A stretch of DNA of 64,000 nt from a bacterium. Lineage in GTDB: Bacteria; Actinomycetota; Acidimicrobiia; Acidimicrobiales; CATQHL01. A model generated the notes under the pieces. That model did not search any database. It had not been told where the DNA came from and worked only from the letters and a program-made list of their open reading frames with translations. The stretch covers positions 52,357 to 116,356 of the forward strand of contig JAPPDX010000106.1 of the NCBI GenBank assembly GCA_028824415.1. Reading direction: 5' to 3'. The translations under genes were made by a program, and so were the position numbers. Position 1 is the stretch's first letter; each line of letters opens with the position of its first letter. Positions 37,163 through 46,346 of this stretch are shown in pieces.

Positions 37163-38155
37163 CTAGCGACCGCGCTCGGGAGGTCCGTGCCACTCCGGGG
37201 ACCCGAGCCGGTCCAGCGCCAGGTGGGCCGCACCGATGACGCCCGCCCGGTCGCCGTGCCGGGCCTGACGCAACTCAACGGGAGGTCGCCTGCCCTGTTC
37301 CAGGAAGACATTCGACAGAGCGCGGCGCACCGGTGCCACGAACACCTCCCCCATTTCGGACAATCCTCCGCCCAGCACGATCACCTGGGGTGAGGTCAGC
37401 AGGATCAGGTTGTTCAATCCGAGTGCCACCCAGGAGGCGACCTCGCCGAGCAGCCGTCGCGCGACCGGATCGCCGGTGGTAGCCAACTCCGCGACGTGCT
37501 CGCCCCGGAGAGCTTCGCTGCGACCCGCCGCCCGGTCCTTCAGCGCCGGCGCCTGACCGGCTGCCGCCGCCGCCCGGGCTGCTCTCCCGAGCGCATCGCC
37601 CGAGGCGAGACGCTCCCAGCAGCCCCGGCGGCCGCACATGCACTCGGGCCCGCCGGGGGCAACGATCATGTGTCCCGCCTCGCCCGCCAAGCCGTGCGCG
37701 CCGCGGCGGATCTCGCCGTCGAGGAGCAGCGCCGCCCCGATACCGGTGCCGAAGGTGACGAGCAGGGCGTCGCTGACATCGCACGCCGCGCCGCCCTCCA
37801 TCTCGCCGCGCAGGGCCGCGGTGGCATCGTTGTCCACCGCCACCGGGCGGCGGAGGCGATCGCCGAGCATCGACTGCAGCGGGAAGTCGGCAATGGCGGG
37901 GATATTCGGCGAGGTGGCCACAACACCCCGGTGGTCGACGATCCCGGCGCATCCCACACCGACCGCGACCACCGGCTCGGCCACCTCCTCCTCCATCCCG
38001 CGCACCATGTCGCAGATCGCATCGACGATGCCGTCCATGGTGTCGGGGCAGTCGCCGCGCCGGAGGGCGACACCACCGGCGGTATCGGCCCCGAGCACCT
38101 CGGCCCGGATGTTGGTCCCGCCGATGTCGAAGCCGGCAAGGCGCCCTCTTCTCAC
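37163..38155 (-). CDS. ROK-family glucokinase
   Basis: ORF 37163..38323. GTG 38155 gives '[17 protein letters not shown]'. ROK zinc motif '[15 protein letters not shown]'. Confidence 0.85.
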   Translation of the reverse strand: MRRGRLAGFDIGGTNIRAEVLGADTAGGVALRRGDCPDTMDGIVDAICDMVRGMEEEVAEPVVAVGVGCAGIVDHRGVVATSPNIPAIADFPLQSMLGDRLRRPVAVDNDATAALRGEMEGGAACDVSDALLVTFGTGIGAALLLDGEIRRGAHGLAGEAGHMIVAPGGPECMCGRRGCWERLASGDALGRAARAAAAAGQAPALKDRAAGRSEALRGEHVAELATTGDPVARRLLGEVASWVALGLNNLILLTSPQVIVLGGGLSEMGEVFVAPVRRALSNVFLEQGRRPPVELRQARHGDRAGVIGAAHLALDRLGSPEWHGPPERGR

Positions 38156-38231
38156 GGCGGGGCTTCCGGCGCCGGTGGGCAGTGGCTGGTCCCGAACGGG
38201 GTCGCGTGCCGGTTGCCGCGGGTTGCGGGTC

Positions 38232-38705
38232 TCACCCGCGCGGCTGTGCCCGCCCGGCGCTGACCGACTCGATGCGGCGCCGCAACTGATCCAGTGCCGT
38301 CTGCATGATGCGAGACTCGGCACGGCGCTTCACGAACCCGGGCACCGCCACCGTCAACTCGGCCGACAGCGTGTAGGTGATGAGTGTCTTGGACTCGTCA
38401 TCGGCCGATGGTGCCAACTCGTACTCACCGTCCAGGTGGCGCACCTGATCGCCCTCGGTGAGCCGCCACGCCACCCGCAACGGGTTGGTGCCGTAGAAGT
38501 ACTTCAGCGTGTAGGTCACGCTGCGCCCCATGGCCGCGGCACGGAATGCCACGAGGCCGCCGGCGCCGCTGTCATCCCGGCGCAGGACGCGGGCCTCCTT
38601 GACGTCCGGCGCCCACTGCGGGTAGCACTCGAAGTCCACAACGACGTCGAAACAATCCGACGGCGGGGCGTTCACCAGCATCTGGCGCGTCGAGAACTCA
38701 ACCAT
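38232..38705 (-). CDS. SRPBCC-family (cyclase/dehydrase-like) protein
   Basis: 'VNAPPSDCFDVVVDFECYPQWAPDVKEARVL' is a typical polyketide_cyc2/SRPBCC N-terminus. Confidence 0.7.
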   Translation of the reverse strand: MVEFSTRQMLVNAPPSDCFDVVVDFECYPQWAPDVKEARVLRRDDSGAGGLVAFRAAAMGRSVTYTLKYFYGTNPLRVAWRLTEGDQVRHLDGEYELAPSADDESKTLITYTLSAELTVAVPGFVKRRAESRIMQTALDQLRRRIESVSAGRAQPRG

Positions 38706-39189
38706 TCCGCCTCCGCTCATCCTGCGGGGACCGGCCGGCGAACCTGCCGAAGCCGGCGCCCCAGAGTGCGATCACGCCCAAGCCGTACACGCAGCCAAGA
38801 ATACCGAACGCGAGGGGACCGAAGGGGCGAATGGCGGCTCCCGTGACGCCGACGGCGAATTGCAGGCCCACGGCGACCCGCAATTCGAGGCGAAGCGACC
38901 GGGGCGCCCCTGGCATCTGCACGAAGGCCGCCATCGTCGACACCTGCTCGAAGCGGCTGCGCCGCACCGCCACGACGTAGGCCCGCCCGAATGCGAGGCC
39001 GCCGGCTCCGAACAGCACCAGCGCCACGACCTGAGCGGCCACACCGGCCCCCGACGGCCAGACCGCACCCAGGATGACGGTGACACAAAGCGCCACGGTG
39101 CCAGCGCGGGAGGCAACCAGCAACCACTGCCAGGAAGGGGCCGCTTGATCCGCACCGCCGGCCTGCCACCTCAACTGAGGGCGCGACAC
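38698..39189 (-). CDS. hypothetical membrane protein
   Basis: 163 aa with four hydrophobic helices. Overlaps its neighbours on the same strand. No family recognised. Confidence 0.5.
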   Translation of the reverse strand: MSRPQLRWQAGGADQAAPSWQWLLVASRAGTVALCVTVILGAVWPSGAGVAAQVVALVLFGAGGLAFGRAYVVAVRRSRFEQVSTMAAFVQMPGAPRSLRLELRVAVGLQFAVGVTGAAIRPFGPLAFGILGCVYGLGVIALWGAGFGRFAGRSPQDERRRNG

Positions 39190-40325
39190 AGGTCTCCGGC
39201 CAGACGGTCGTAGCTGAACTGCTCGGTGGCGCGCTCCCGTGCCGCCGAGCCGAGGCGGCGGCGGCGCTCGGGATTCTCAAGCAGGCAGGCCAGAGCCTCC
39301 GCGACCGCCGCCGCATCACCGGGATCGGTGACCACCAGCCCGCTGACCCCCTGCTCCACGGCCTCGGCCGCACCCCCGCTGGCGCCGGCCACCTGTGCCA
39401 CACCGGTGGCGGCCGCCTCAAGGAAGACGATCCCGAAACCCTCCTGCTCGAGGCCACCCCAACGTCTGCGGCACAACATGGCGAACAGATCCGCCGCGCC
39501 GTAGAGCTCGGCCAGCTCCTCCTCGGCGACCCGCCCGAGCAGGCGCGCCGGCGCGCCGGCCCGTCGCACGAGCCGCGCCAGCCTCCCGCTGTCCCTCCCG
39601 GCTCCGGCGATCAGCAGGCGGATACCGGGTGTGGCCGGCGCCAGGCGGGCGACCGCCTCGATCAGCCTGTCCATGCCCTTGCGAGGCACGAGCCGGCTGA
39701 CGCTCAGTATCAGGATTTCCCCGTCGTCGATCCCGAGACGCCGGCGCGCCGCACGCCGGCGCTCACCGGACAGGGGCACGAAGCGGTCGACATCGACTCC
39801 CGGCGGCACGTAGTGGCCCTGCGCCATGTCGGGACACAGGCGCCGTGCCTCCGAGGCGGCATACCGGCTGGCGGAGATCACAACCTCGGCACCCGCCAGG
39901 GTGCGCCGCAACACCCCTGCGGCGATCGGCAGCCGCGCCGGCACCGTCACCTCGGCGCCGTGCAGCACGACCCCGTAGGGCACCTCCAGGCGCGGCCCCA
40001 GCGCACCCACGGGCACCGCCGGGTCGAAGACCACGAGCTCGGCCTCGAAGGAGGCCAGCAGCCCGCGTATCTCGGCGAGCACCGTTGGCGTGGGCAGCAG
40101 GAAGGAGGCGGCGCTGCGCACGATGGGGTAGGCCTCGCCGGCATCGAAAGCGGCGGAGGTGGGGTGTGGGCGCGTGAGAACGCAGAATCGATCCGGTGGC
40201 AGCCGGCGCCAGAGTTCCCAGAGGTAGTTCTGGATCCCACCCACCTTCGGCGGGTAATCGTTCGTGACCAGCAGATGGCGGCGCGGGCGGGGCTCGCCGC
40301 GAGTTGCAGGCGGCGGCTCGCTCAC
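39171..40325 (-). CDS. GT4-family glycosyltransferase (PimB-like mannosyltransferase)
   Basis: ORF 39171..40421. GTG 40325 overlaps the queG stop. 'LLVTNDYPPKVGGIQNY' and C-terminal 'EGFGIVFLEAAATGV' GT-B motifs. Confidence 0.85.
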   Translation of the reverse strand: MSEPPPATRGEPRPRRHLLVTNDYPPKVGGIQNYLWELWRRLPPDRFCVLTRPHPTSAAFDAGEAYPIVRSAASFLLPTPTVLAEIRGLLASFEAELVVFDPAVPVGALGPRLEVPYGVVLHGAEVTVPARLPIAAGVLRRTLAGAEVVISASRYAASEARRLCPDMAQGHYVPPGVDVDRFVPLSGERRRAARRRLGIDDGEILILSVSRLVPRKGMDRLIEAVARLAPATPGIRLLIAGAGRDSGRLARLVRRAGAPARLLGRVAEEELAELYGAADLFAMLCRRRWGGLEQEGFGIVFLEAAATGVAQVAGASGGAAEAVEQGVSGLVVTDPGDAAAVAEALACLLENPERRRRLGSAARERATEQFSYDRLAGDLCRALS

Positions 40326-41416
40326 GAGCTGCTCGCCGGGTCGTCGCCGGTATGGCGGCGATCCCCGGTAGCTGGTGCAGTGGCACCGTCCGGCCCCAAT
40401 CCCAGGCGCTGCGCCGCCCACGTTGCGTGGCGGACCAGCATCGGATCGGTGTGCCTCTGGTAGCGCCGCAGCGTCCCGACCACTTCGGGATCGGTGCCCT
40501 CAGCGGTGTTCCCCAGCACCACGAGCGCGTTGCGCCGCAGGTAGCGAGGGGCACGCTCGGGGATGTACCAGCGCCCGTGGCGCTCCATCAGCTCCTCGTC
40601 CCCAGTCGCCAGAAGTTCCAGCACATCCACCGAGGCCTCCTCGCCAGGATCCGCCGCCTCCGGCAGCCGCCGGTTGGGTGGGCAGACCTCCTGGCAATCG
40701 TCGCACCCGTAGAGCCGATCACCGAGCGCCGCGCGGAACTCGGCGGGAAAATCGCCGGTGGCCTGCAGCAGCCACGCCAGGCAGCGGCGCGCGTCGACAA
40801 CGCCGGGGGCGACGATCGCACCGGTCGGGCAGCCGTCCAAGCAGCGCCGGCAGGGGCCGCAGCCATCGGGCACCTGCTCGGCGGCCGGCGGCAGCACCGC
40901 ATCGGTGACCACCGTCCCCAGCACGAACCAGCTCCCCGACTCCGCCAGCAGCAGGTTGCTGTTCTTGCCGTAGTAGCCCAGACCGGCCCGGTAGGCGGCC
41001 TCCCGGTCAACCAGGGCATTGTCGTCGGCCACGACCACCGCCCGGTGGCCCGCCTCCATCAGGACCCGCACCACCGCGCCGAGGGCGGAACGCAGCTCAC
41101 CGTAGACATCGCCGCTGGCGTAGCGGGCCACCCGGGCCATCGGGCGGCCCAAACCAGACCCTGGCTCGGCGGGCCGGGAGTAGTTCAGCGCTCCCACCAC
41201 CAGGGAGGTCGCTCCCGGAACGATCCGCGCCGGATCGGTGGAGCGCTCGGGATTGCGATACGTGAACTGCATGCCGCCGTGGTAACCCTGCGCCTTGCGC
41301 TCGCGCAGGATGCGGCGCGAGCTCTCGAAGACCTCCACCGGCGCCACGCCGACCGCGGCCAGTCCGGCCCGCCGACCCGCCTCCAGAACGTCTCGCCGAA
41401 GATCCTCAGGCGGCAT
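40322..41416 (-). CDS. queG: epoxyqueuosine reductase
   Basis: ORF 40322..41545. 'CRRCLDGCPTGAI' and 'CDDCQEVCPPN' ferredoxin motifs plus 'ARRCLAWLLQ'. ATG 41416 preferred. Confidence 0.85.
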   Translation of the reverse strand: MPPEDLRRDVLEAGRRAGLAAVGVAPVEVFESSRRILRERKAQGYHGGMQFTYRNPERSTDPARIVPGATSLVVGALNYSRPAEPGSGLGRPMARVARYASGDVYGELRSALGAVVRVLMEAGHRAVVVADDNALVDREAAYRAGLGYYGKNSNLLLAESGSWFVLGTVVTDAVLPPAAEQVPDGCGPCRRCLDGCPTGAIVAPGVVDARRCLAWLLQATGDFPAEFRAALGDRLYGCDDCQEVCPPNRRLPEAADPGEEASVDVLELLATGDEELMERHGRWYIPERAPRYLRRNALVVLGNTAEGTDPEVVGTLRRYQRHTDPMLVRHATWAAQRLGLGPDGATAPATGDRRHTGDDPASSS

Positions 41417-41537
41417 GTCCGGCGCCGGTCCGCGCCCCACCGGGCGGCGAACGACGCGCACCGGCGCCGGCCGCGCTGGGCCGTCGTGTCCCTCGAGACG
41501 TCCGGCGGTCACCCTTCGAGCGTAGGTGCCGAAAGCG

Positions 41538-44500
41538 TCAGGCAACGAGCCCCGAGACCCCCACCGAGGGCGTCAGACCCAGCCGGGCTTGACGCCGCTG
41601 CTCGTAGAGGCCGAGCGCGTGGAGAGGGAAGTACTGCCGATACAGGCCGTAGTCCAGCACGGCCGTGCGGAAGAACACGCCGGCTCCGTCCTGGCGGGGC
41701 CATTCCCCGTTGGCGTCCAGGGTGTCCAGCAGGAATCGAGCCCCCTTGGCAATCGACGCCCAATCCGAGTCGCCCGCCTCTAGGAGGGCAAGCATCGCCC
41801 ACGCGGTCTGGATGACCTGACTCGACTCGTGCTCGACGTATCGACCGGTCAGGCAGCCGCTGTGGTGCTCGCCCCATCCCCCATCCTGGTGCTGGCGATC
41901 CAGCAGCCACCGAGCGGCCCGGCGCAGCGCCGGATCACCGGGGCGGGCTCCGGCAGCATGCAGACCTCTGATTCCGAAGAGGGTGCCGTAGATGAACTGA
42001 ACACCCCAGGAGCCGCGCCACGACCCGTCGGACTCCTGGGATCGGCGGAGCCAGGTCTCAGCCCGTGAGATTGCACTCATCACCTCCGGATCCGTAAGTT
42101 CCGGGTGCTGCTCCCGCCAAGCAGCCAGTGCGGCGACGCAGGAAGCAGTGCACTCGACATAGGAGCGCTCGGTCATCGACTCGCCGAACATCTCGGCCGG
42201 GTTCAGCCACTCGAGTCCAATCGCAGAGCGCTGCGCCTCGTAGCTGCCGAAACCGCCGTCGCGGTTCTGGCCGCGCAACATGAATCGAACCGCGTCGTCC
42301 AGCGCCGCCGTACTCGTGGCGTCACCGTCGGCGGCGATCAGTCCGAGCAGCGCTTCCGCGGTGCAATCGGTCACCGGCCAACCGTGCCACTTCCCGGCGA
42401 GGCACCAGCCGCCCTTGGGGTCGGACCGGTGCGCGTCGCCGAATCCTTCGAAACTGGCATCGATCTGTTGCCGGCGCACGAAATCGGCTCCGCCTCCCAG
42501 TGCGGCTGCAACGCCGTCGAATTCTCCCACCGTCGCCAGGGCCTGCAGAGAGAACCCCGTGTCCCACAAGGCGCTTCTCGCTCCGACGACGCGTGTTCCA
42601 CCCTCGGCGTCCTCCCAGATCCAGCCGTCCAGCTGCGCGAAAGCCTGTCGGCAGTCGGCATCGGTCGGATCCCGCAGCCACAGGGCAAGGATGTTGAGGA
42701 GCCCGCTGACCGGAGAGATGCTTCGATGGCTGGTGGTGCGCAGTTCCCATCTGATGTGGCGGATCAACTCCTCGGTACATCGGGCGCGCCGTCCCTTGCC
42801 TCCGAACCGTTCGTACAGGCGGGCGAACCGGTAGCCGGCTCGGAGCAACACGCTGGGCCGGGCGAAGAGGTCGGCGTCCCGCAGGCGATTGCGGCCCGCG
42901 GAGAACCTGACATTGGCGAACCCCTGGGGGAACAACTCCTCCCGCACAGCGGCGATCACGGGCGTGACGGGGGCTCGGTGCCGGAGCGGATAGATCACTG
43001 CCATCGCCATGTAGATCAGCCGGGTGTGGCAGTACCACTTCGAGGGATGCAACGCCGTCCAGCGCGGCAGGCTCCACAGATCCGGCAGGACGGCGTTGAC
43101 CCCGCGCCAGTCGTAGAGGCCGACGAGCGCCAGCCAGAACTTCCCCCAACTCGGGATGCCGAGCACCCCCTCGGTCTGCAGGAACCGCCGGGCCGGCTCG
43201 AGTAGCGGATCATCCGGCTCGACGCCGAGCAATCGCGCCGCCACGTAGACCAGGGTTGTGACGAACAGGTGGGGTGGCGAGTGCTCGTGCAGACCCCACA
43301 GCCCCCCATCGAGGCGCGATTGCTCGAAGTAGCGCAACACGGCGCGACGTCGGTCCGCATCGAGCGGACGTCCCACAATGTGGTGCAGCAGCACGTATTG
43401 CGCGGTGAGCATGGGACACCACGCAACCTCACCCTCCCAGGCACCGTCGGAACCCTGGAGACTCACCAGGCGCGTGCTCGCACTTCTGAGCGCCGGGCCG
43501 GCATCGGGTGAAGCAACCTCTCTCGGGGGACTGGGGAGAGCCCCTGCCCTCGCCGGCATGGAGATGAGAAAGGCACGGGCCAGGGTCTCGCGAGCCCGCT
43601 GATCCTTCTCCCCACCGGCGTTCCGCGCCCTGCGCAACTGCCGGACTCCACGGAAGGCCAACCCGAGGCGGGTAACGAGCGCCGGCACGACTTCGCTGGT
43701 CCGGCGCCAGGCGGACTGGTCGCAGGACCTCGGAATCTCGCCGACGATCGTCCGGGTCGCCATCGCGCCGCACGCCAGACTCAGGCTTGCTATCGAGATG
43801 TCCTCACAGGCGAGCAAGCCAACGGTCCGATTGCGGACCCCCGGACTCGCCCGCCAACGCCGGTAGATCGTGTGCCTGAGCGCGACGGATTCAACCCGAT
43901 GATCCGCGAATACCTCGTACAACCCCATGGCGAGGAGCTCAGGCGCACGGGTCGCCTGGAGCCGCCTCTTGGTGAAGTCGCGGAAGTCCTTCCCCTCGGC
44001 CAGTGTCAGCGCATCGCCGAAACCGAGGGTCATCCCCACCGCCGTCAGCGGGTGGTAGTGACCTGCGGCATCCCCGATGAGGACTCGCCGGGGGCTCCCG
44101 TATGTGGCGCGCGGCCTCAGCGCATTGGCCGCGGCGAGAAATCTGCGCGCCCGCAGCGCTTCGAGGAACGCAGGCCTGAGCGTCTCCGGCATCCAGCCTG
44201 CATAGGAGTCCGACATCACGGCAACCAGATCCCGCGATGAGTACCCCAGCGGGACATCCACAATCACCCGGACGGCATCCTCGCCCAGGCGATATATGAG
44301 AATCGGCCCCGGTCCGCCGCAAACCACGTGCCCATAACCTTCCAGCGGCAGGCTCACGCCACTCAGTTCGATCCCCATCATCCGCGAGCAGTTGCTCGGG
44401 CTCGTCCAGAGACCCAGTGAACGACGCACGATCGACGCCCGCCCGTCGGCACCAACGATCAGCGCGGCCCGCAACGACTCATCGACGCCGTTGCGGGAGA

Positions 44501-44918
44501 ACGTGACAGAGTGGTCCTCGACCGCCCGCACACGCGCGTGAAGCATGAAGTCGATTCCCGGCTCGTCCCCGACAGCTTCACGCAGACGCGAGACGAGCGC
44601 CTCGTGCTCGCATACCAAGCCGTGAGATCCCTCCGGATACCGAAGCACGATCGGCTCCGACCGGTCTTCGGGAAACACGGCGAATCCCTTTCCCGTGGCG
44701 CTCCGTCGCTGGGAATCGATCTCTATCCCGAGATCTTCGAGCATGCGCAGGGCGGGGGGATGCAACCACTCGCCTGCGAGTCTCTTGGAGACATTCGGGT
44801 TGGCCTCGAGGAGAGCCACCGAGGCACCTCGACGCGCGTGAGCGAGCGCACACAGGCTGCCGACAGGACCCGCTCCGACGATGGCGACGTCGTAGCCCCG
44901 GGCAGCGGCTCCGCTCAT
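41538..44918 (-). CDS. fusion protein: squalene-monooxygenase-like FAD flavoprotein (about 43482..44918) + oxidosqualene-cyclase-type triterpene cyclase (about 41541..43481)
   Basis: Single uninterrupted 1126-aa ORF. N-terminal part: 'YDVAIVGAGPVGS', 'GEWLHPPA', 'GADGRASIVRR', 'GDAAGHYHPLTAVGMTLGFGD'. C-terminal part: QW repeats ('RAETWLRRSQESDGSWRGSW', 'RAARWLLDRQHQDGGWGE'), 'HPSKWYCHTRLIYMAMAVIY', 'LNPAEMFGESMTERSYVECTAS' and catalytic 'GWPVTDCTAEAL'. Confidence 0.85.
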   Translation of the reverse strand: MSGAAARGYDVAIVGAGPVGSLCALAHARRGASVALLEANPNVSKRLAGEWLHPPALRMLEDLGIEIDSQRRSATGKGFAVFPEDRSEPIVLRYPEGSHGLVCEHEALVSRLREAVGDEPGIDFMLHARVRAVEDHSVTFSRNGVDESLRAALIVGADGRASIVRRSLGLWTSPSNCSRMMGIELSGVSLPLEGYGHVVCGGPGPILIYRLGEDAVRVIVDVPLGYSSRDLVAVMSDSYAGWMPETLRPAFLEALRARRFLAAANALRPRATYGSPRRVLIGDAAGHYHPLTAVGMTLGFGDALTLAEGKDFRDFTKRRLQATRAPELLAMGLYEVFADHRVESVALRHTIYRRWRASPGVRNRTVGLLACEDISIASLSLACGAMATRTIVGEIPRSCDQSAWRRTSEVVPALVTRLGLAFRGVRQLRRARNAGGEKDQRARETLARAFLISMPARAGALPSPPREVASPDAGPALRSASTRLVSLQGSDGAWEGEVAWCPMLTAQYVLLHHIVGRPLDADRRRAVLRYFEQSRLDGGLWGLHEHSPPHLFVTTLVYVAARLLGVEPDDPLLEPARRFLQTEGVLGIPSWGKFWLALVGLYDWRGVNAVLPDLWSLPRWTALHPSKWYCHTRLIYMAMAVIYPLRHRAPVTPVIAAVREELFPQGFANVRFSAGRNRLRDADLFARPSVLLRAGYRFARLYERFGGKGRRARCTEELIRHIRWELRTTSHRSISPVSGLLNILALWLRDPTDADCRQAFAQLDGWIWEDAEGGTRVVGARSALWDTGFSLQALATVGEFDGVAAALGGGADFVRRQQIDASFEGFGDAHRSDPKGGWCLAGKWHGWPVTDCTAEALLGLIAADGDATSTAALDDAVRFMLRGQNRDGGFGSYEAQRSAIGLEWLNPAEMFGESMTERSYVECTASCVAALAAWREQHPELTDPEVMSAISRAETWLRRSQESDGSWRGSWGVQFIYGTLFGIRGLHAAGARPGDPALRRAARWLLDRQHQDGGWGEHHSGCLTGRYVEHESSQVIQTAWAMLALLEAGDSDWASIAKGARFLLDTLDANGEWPRQDGAGVFFRTAVLDYGLYRQYFPLHALGLYEQRRQARLGLTPSVGVSGLVA

Positions 44919-45150
44919 CGGAACCTGCTCGCCTGCGAGCAGCGCCGGCAGCCGAGCCGGCGTGAGGTGTCCGCACCGGCCATCCGGCTACCGTAGTTCG
45001 GAGCACGAAGGCGCTCATCGGCCGGAGCCAAACTCCTGGCTGGCCCCTCCCGACACCTGCCGGAGGCTCGACCAATTTCCCGAGGCCCGGTTGCGGTCCG
45101 GCGCGCCGCCGATCCCGGCGAGCCGCGCCGCTGGGCTGAATCGACGCGGT

Positions 45151-45171
45151 GGAGCGATCGTCGATCGCTCC
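45151..45171 (-). terminator. hairpin 13 nt downstream of the trpD stop
   Basis: ggagcgatc-gtc-gatcgctcc (9-bp stem, 3-nt loop). No U-tract, so it is only a candidate terminator. Confidence 0.35.
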
Positions 45172-45183
45172 TCGACCCGGGAT

Positions 45184-46257
45184 TCAGCGACCGTCGGTGG
45201 CCTCGCGGGAAACCTCCACCCAGCGGGACAACTTGCCCGCTGCGGCACCGCTGTCCAAGGCATCGGTCGCCAGCCGCAGCCCGTCGGCGAGATCGGTCGC
45301 CAGTTCGCCGACCACCAGACCGGCGGCGGCATTCAGGCACACGATCTCCCGCCACGGCACGGACTCGCCCGCCAGCAGAGCCCGGGTTGCTTCCACCCCC
45401 GCGGCCACGTCCGCTCCGGCCAGATCGGCCAACCCGACGGTGGCAAGCCCCAGATCCCCAGGTGTCACCGTGTACCGCTCGATGCGACCGTCACGCAGTT
45501 CGATCACCCTCGTCGGCCCGATGGTCGACAACTCGTCGAGACGGGGATAGCCGTGTACCACCATGGCCCGCTGCGTACCGGTCACCGCCAGCACTTCCGC
45601 CATGCGCTCGGCCATGGCGGGATCGTTCACGCCGATCACCTGGCGACGGACCCCGGCGGGATTCGCCATCGGGCCGAGATAGTTGAAGGCGGTTGGCACA
45701 CCCAGACTGCGCCGGGTCGGGCCGGCATGGCGGAGCGCGGGATGGAACAGGGGCGCGAGGCAGAAGGCAATGCCCGCCTCCCGGAGGCACGTCGCCACGC
45801 CGGCGGGCCCGAGGTCCACGACGATGCCGAGAGCCTCAAGCAGATCCGCCGACCCACAGGACGACGACACCGCCCGGTTGCCGTGCTTGCAGACGCGGGC
45901 GCCGGCTCCGGCGGCCACGAGTGCCGCCATGGTCGAGATGTTCAGCGAACCGCTGCCGTCACCTCCGGTGCCACAGGTATCGATGAGCCCCATCTCCTCG
46001 GCATCGACACCGACATCGAGGGCGGCCGCCCGCAACCCCTCCAGGAGCCCCGCCAGCTCGGCTGCCGTCTCGCCCTTGGTCCGCAGGCCAATCAGCAGGC
46101 CGGCGATCTGGGCCTCGGAGGCACCCCCGGCCAGCATGGCGTCCGCCGCGGCCCGAGCCTGAAGGCCCGACAGGTGCTCGCCGGCAACCAGCGTGCGGAA
46201 CAACTCGGCGAAGTCCACGTGGCTGCCAGAGCTCGGGGCGTCGGGGTGGGTGGCCAT
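45184..46257 (-). CDS. trpD: anthranilate phosphoribosyltransferase
   Basis: 'GTGGDGSGSLNIST', 'KHGNRAVSSSCGSADLLEALG' and 'NYLGPMANPA' motifs. Confidence 0.95.
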   Translation of the reverse strand: MATHPDAPSSGSHVDFAELFRTLVAGEHLSGLQARAAADAMLAGGASEAQIAGLLIGLRTKGETAAELAGLLEGLRAAALDVGVDAEEMGLIDTCGTGGDGSGSLNISTMAALVAAGAGARVCKHGNRAVSSSCGSADLLEALGIVVDLGPAGVATCLREAGIAFCLAPLFHPALRHAGPTRRSLGVPTAFNYLGPMANPAGVRRQVIGVNDPAMAERMAEVLAVTGTQRAMVVHGYPRLDELSTIGPTRVIELRDGRIERYTVTPGDLGLATVGLADLAGADVAAGVEATRALLAGESVPWREIVCLNAAAGLVVGELATDLADGLRLATDALDSGAAAGKLSRWVEVSREATDGR

Positions 46258-46346
46258 GCAATTTCCTCGGCTGCTCGGGGTCCTGGGGCGTTCTCAACCC
46301 GCTGGGCCGCGATCGGGCCTCCCCGGGGTGGGGACCTACCTCTAGC

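Noticed and set aside
41538-43481. Cyclase half interpreted as a squalene-hopene cyclase (hopanoid synthesis)
   Set aside because: The catalytic block is VTDCTAE rather than DxDDTA. Motifs such as 'KWYCHTRLIYMAMAVIY' and 'SYVECTAS' are OSC-like, and the cyclase is fused to an epoxidase that supplies oxidosqualene. Phylogeny is still needed.
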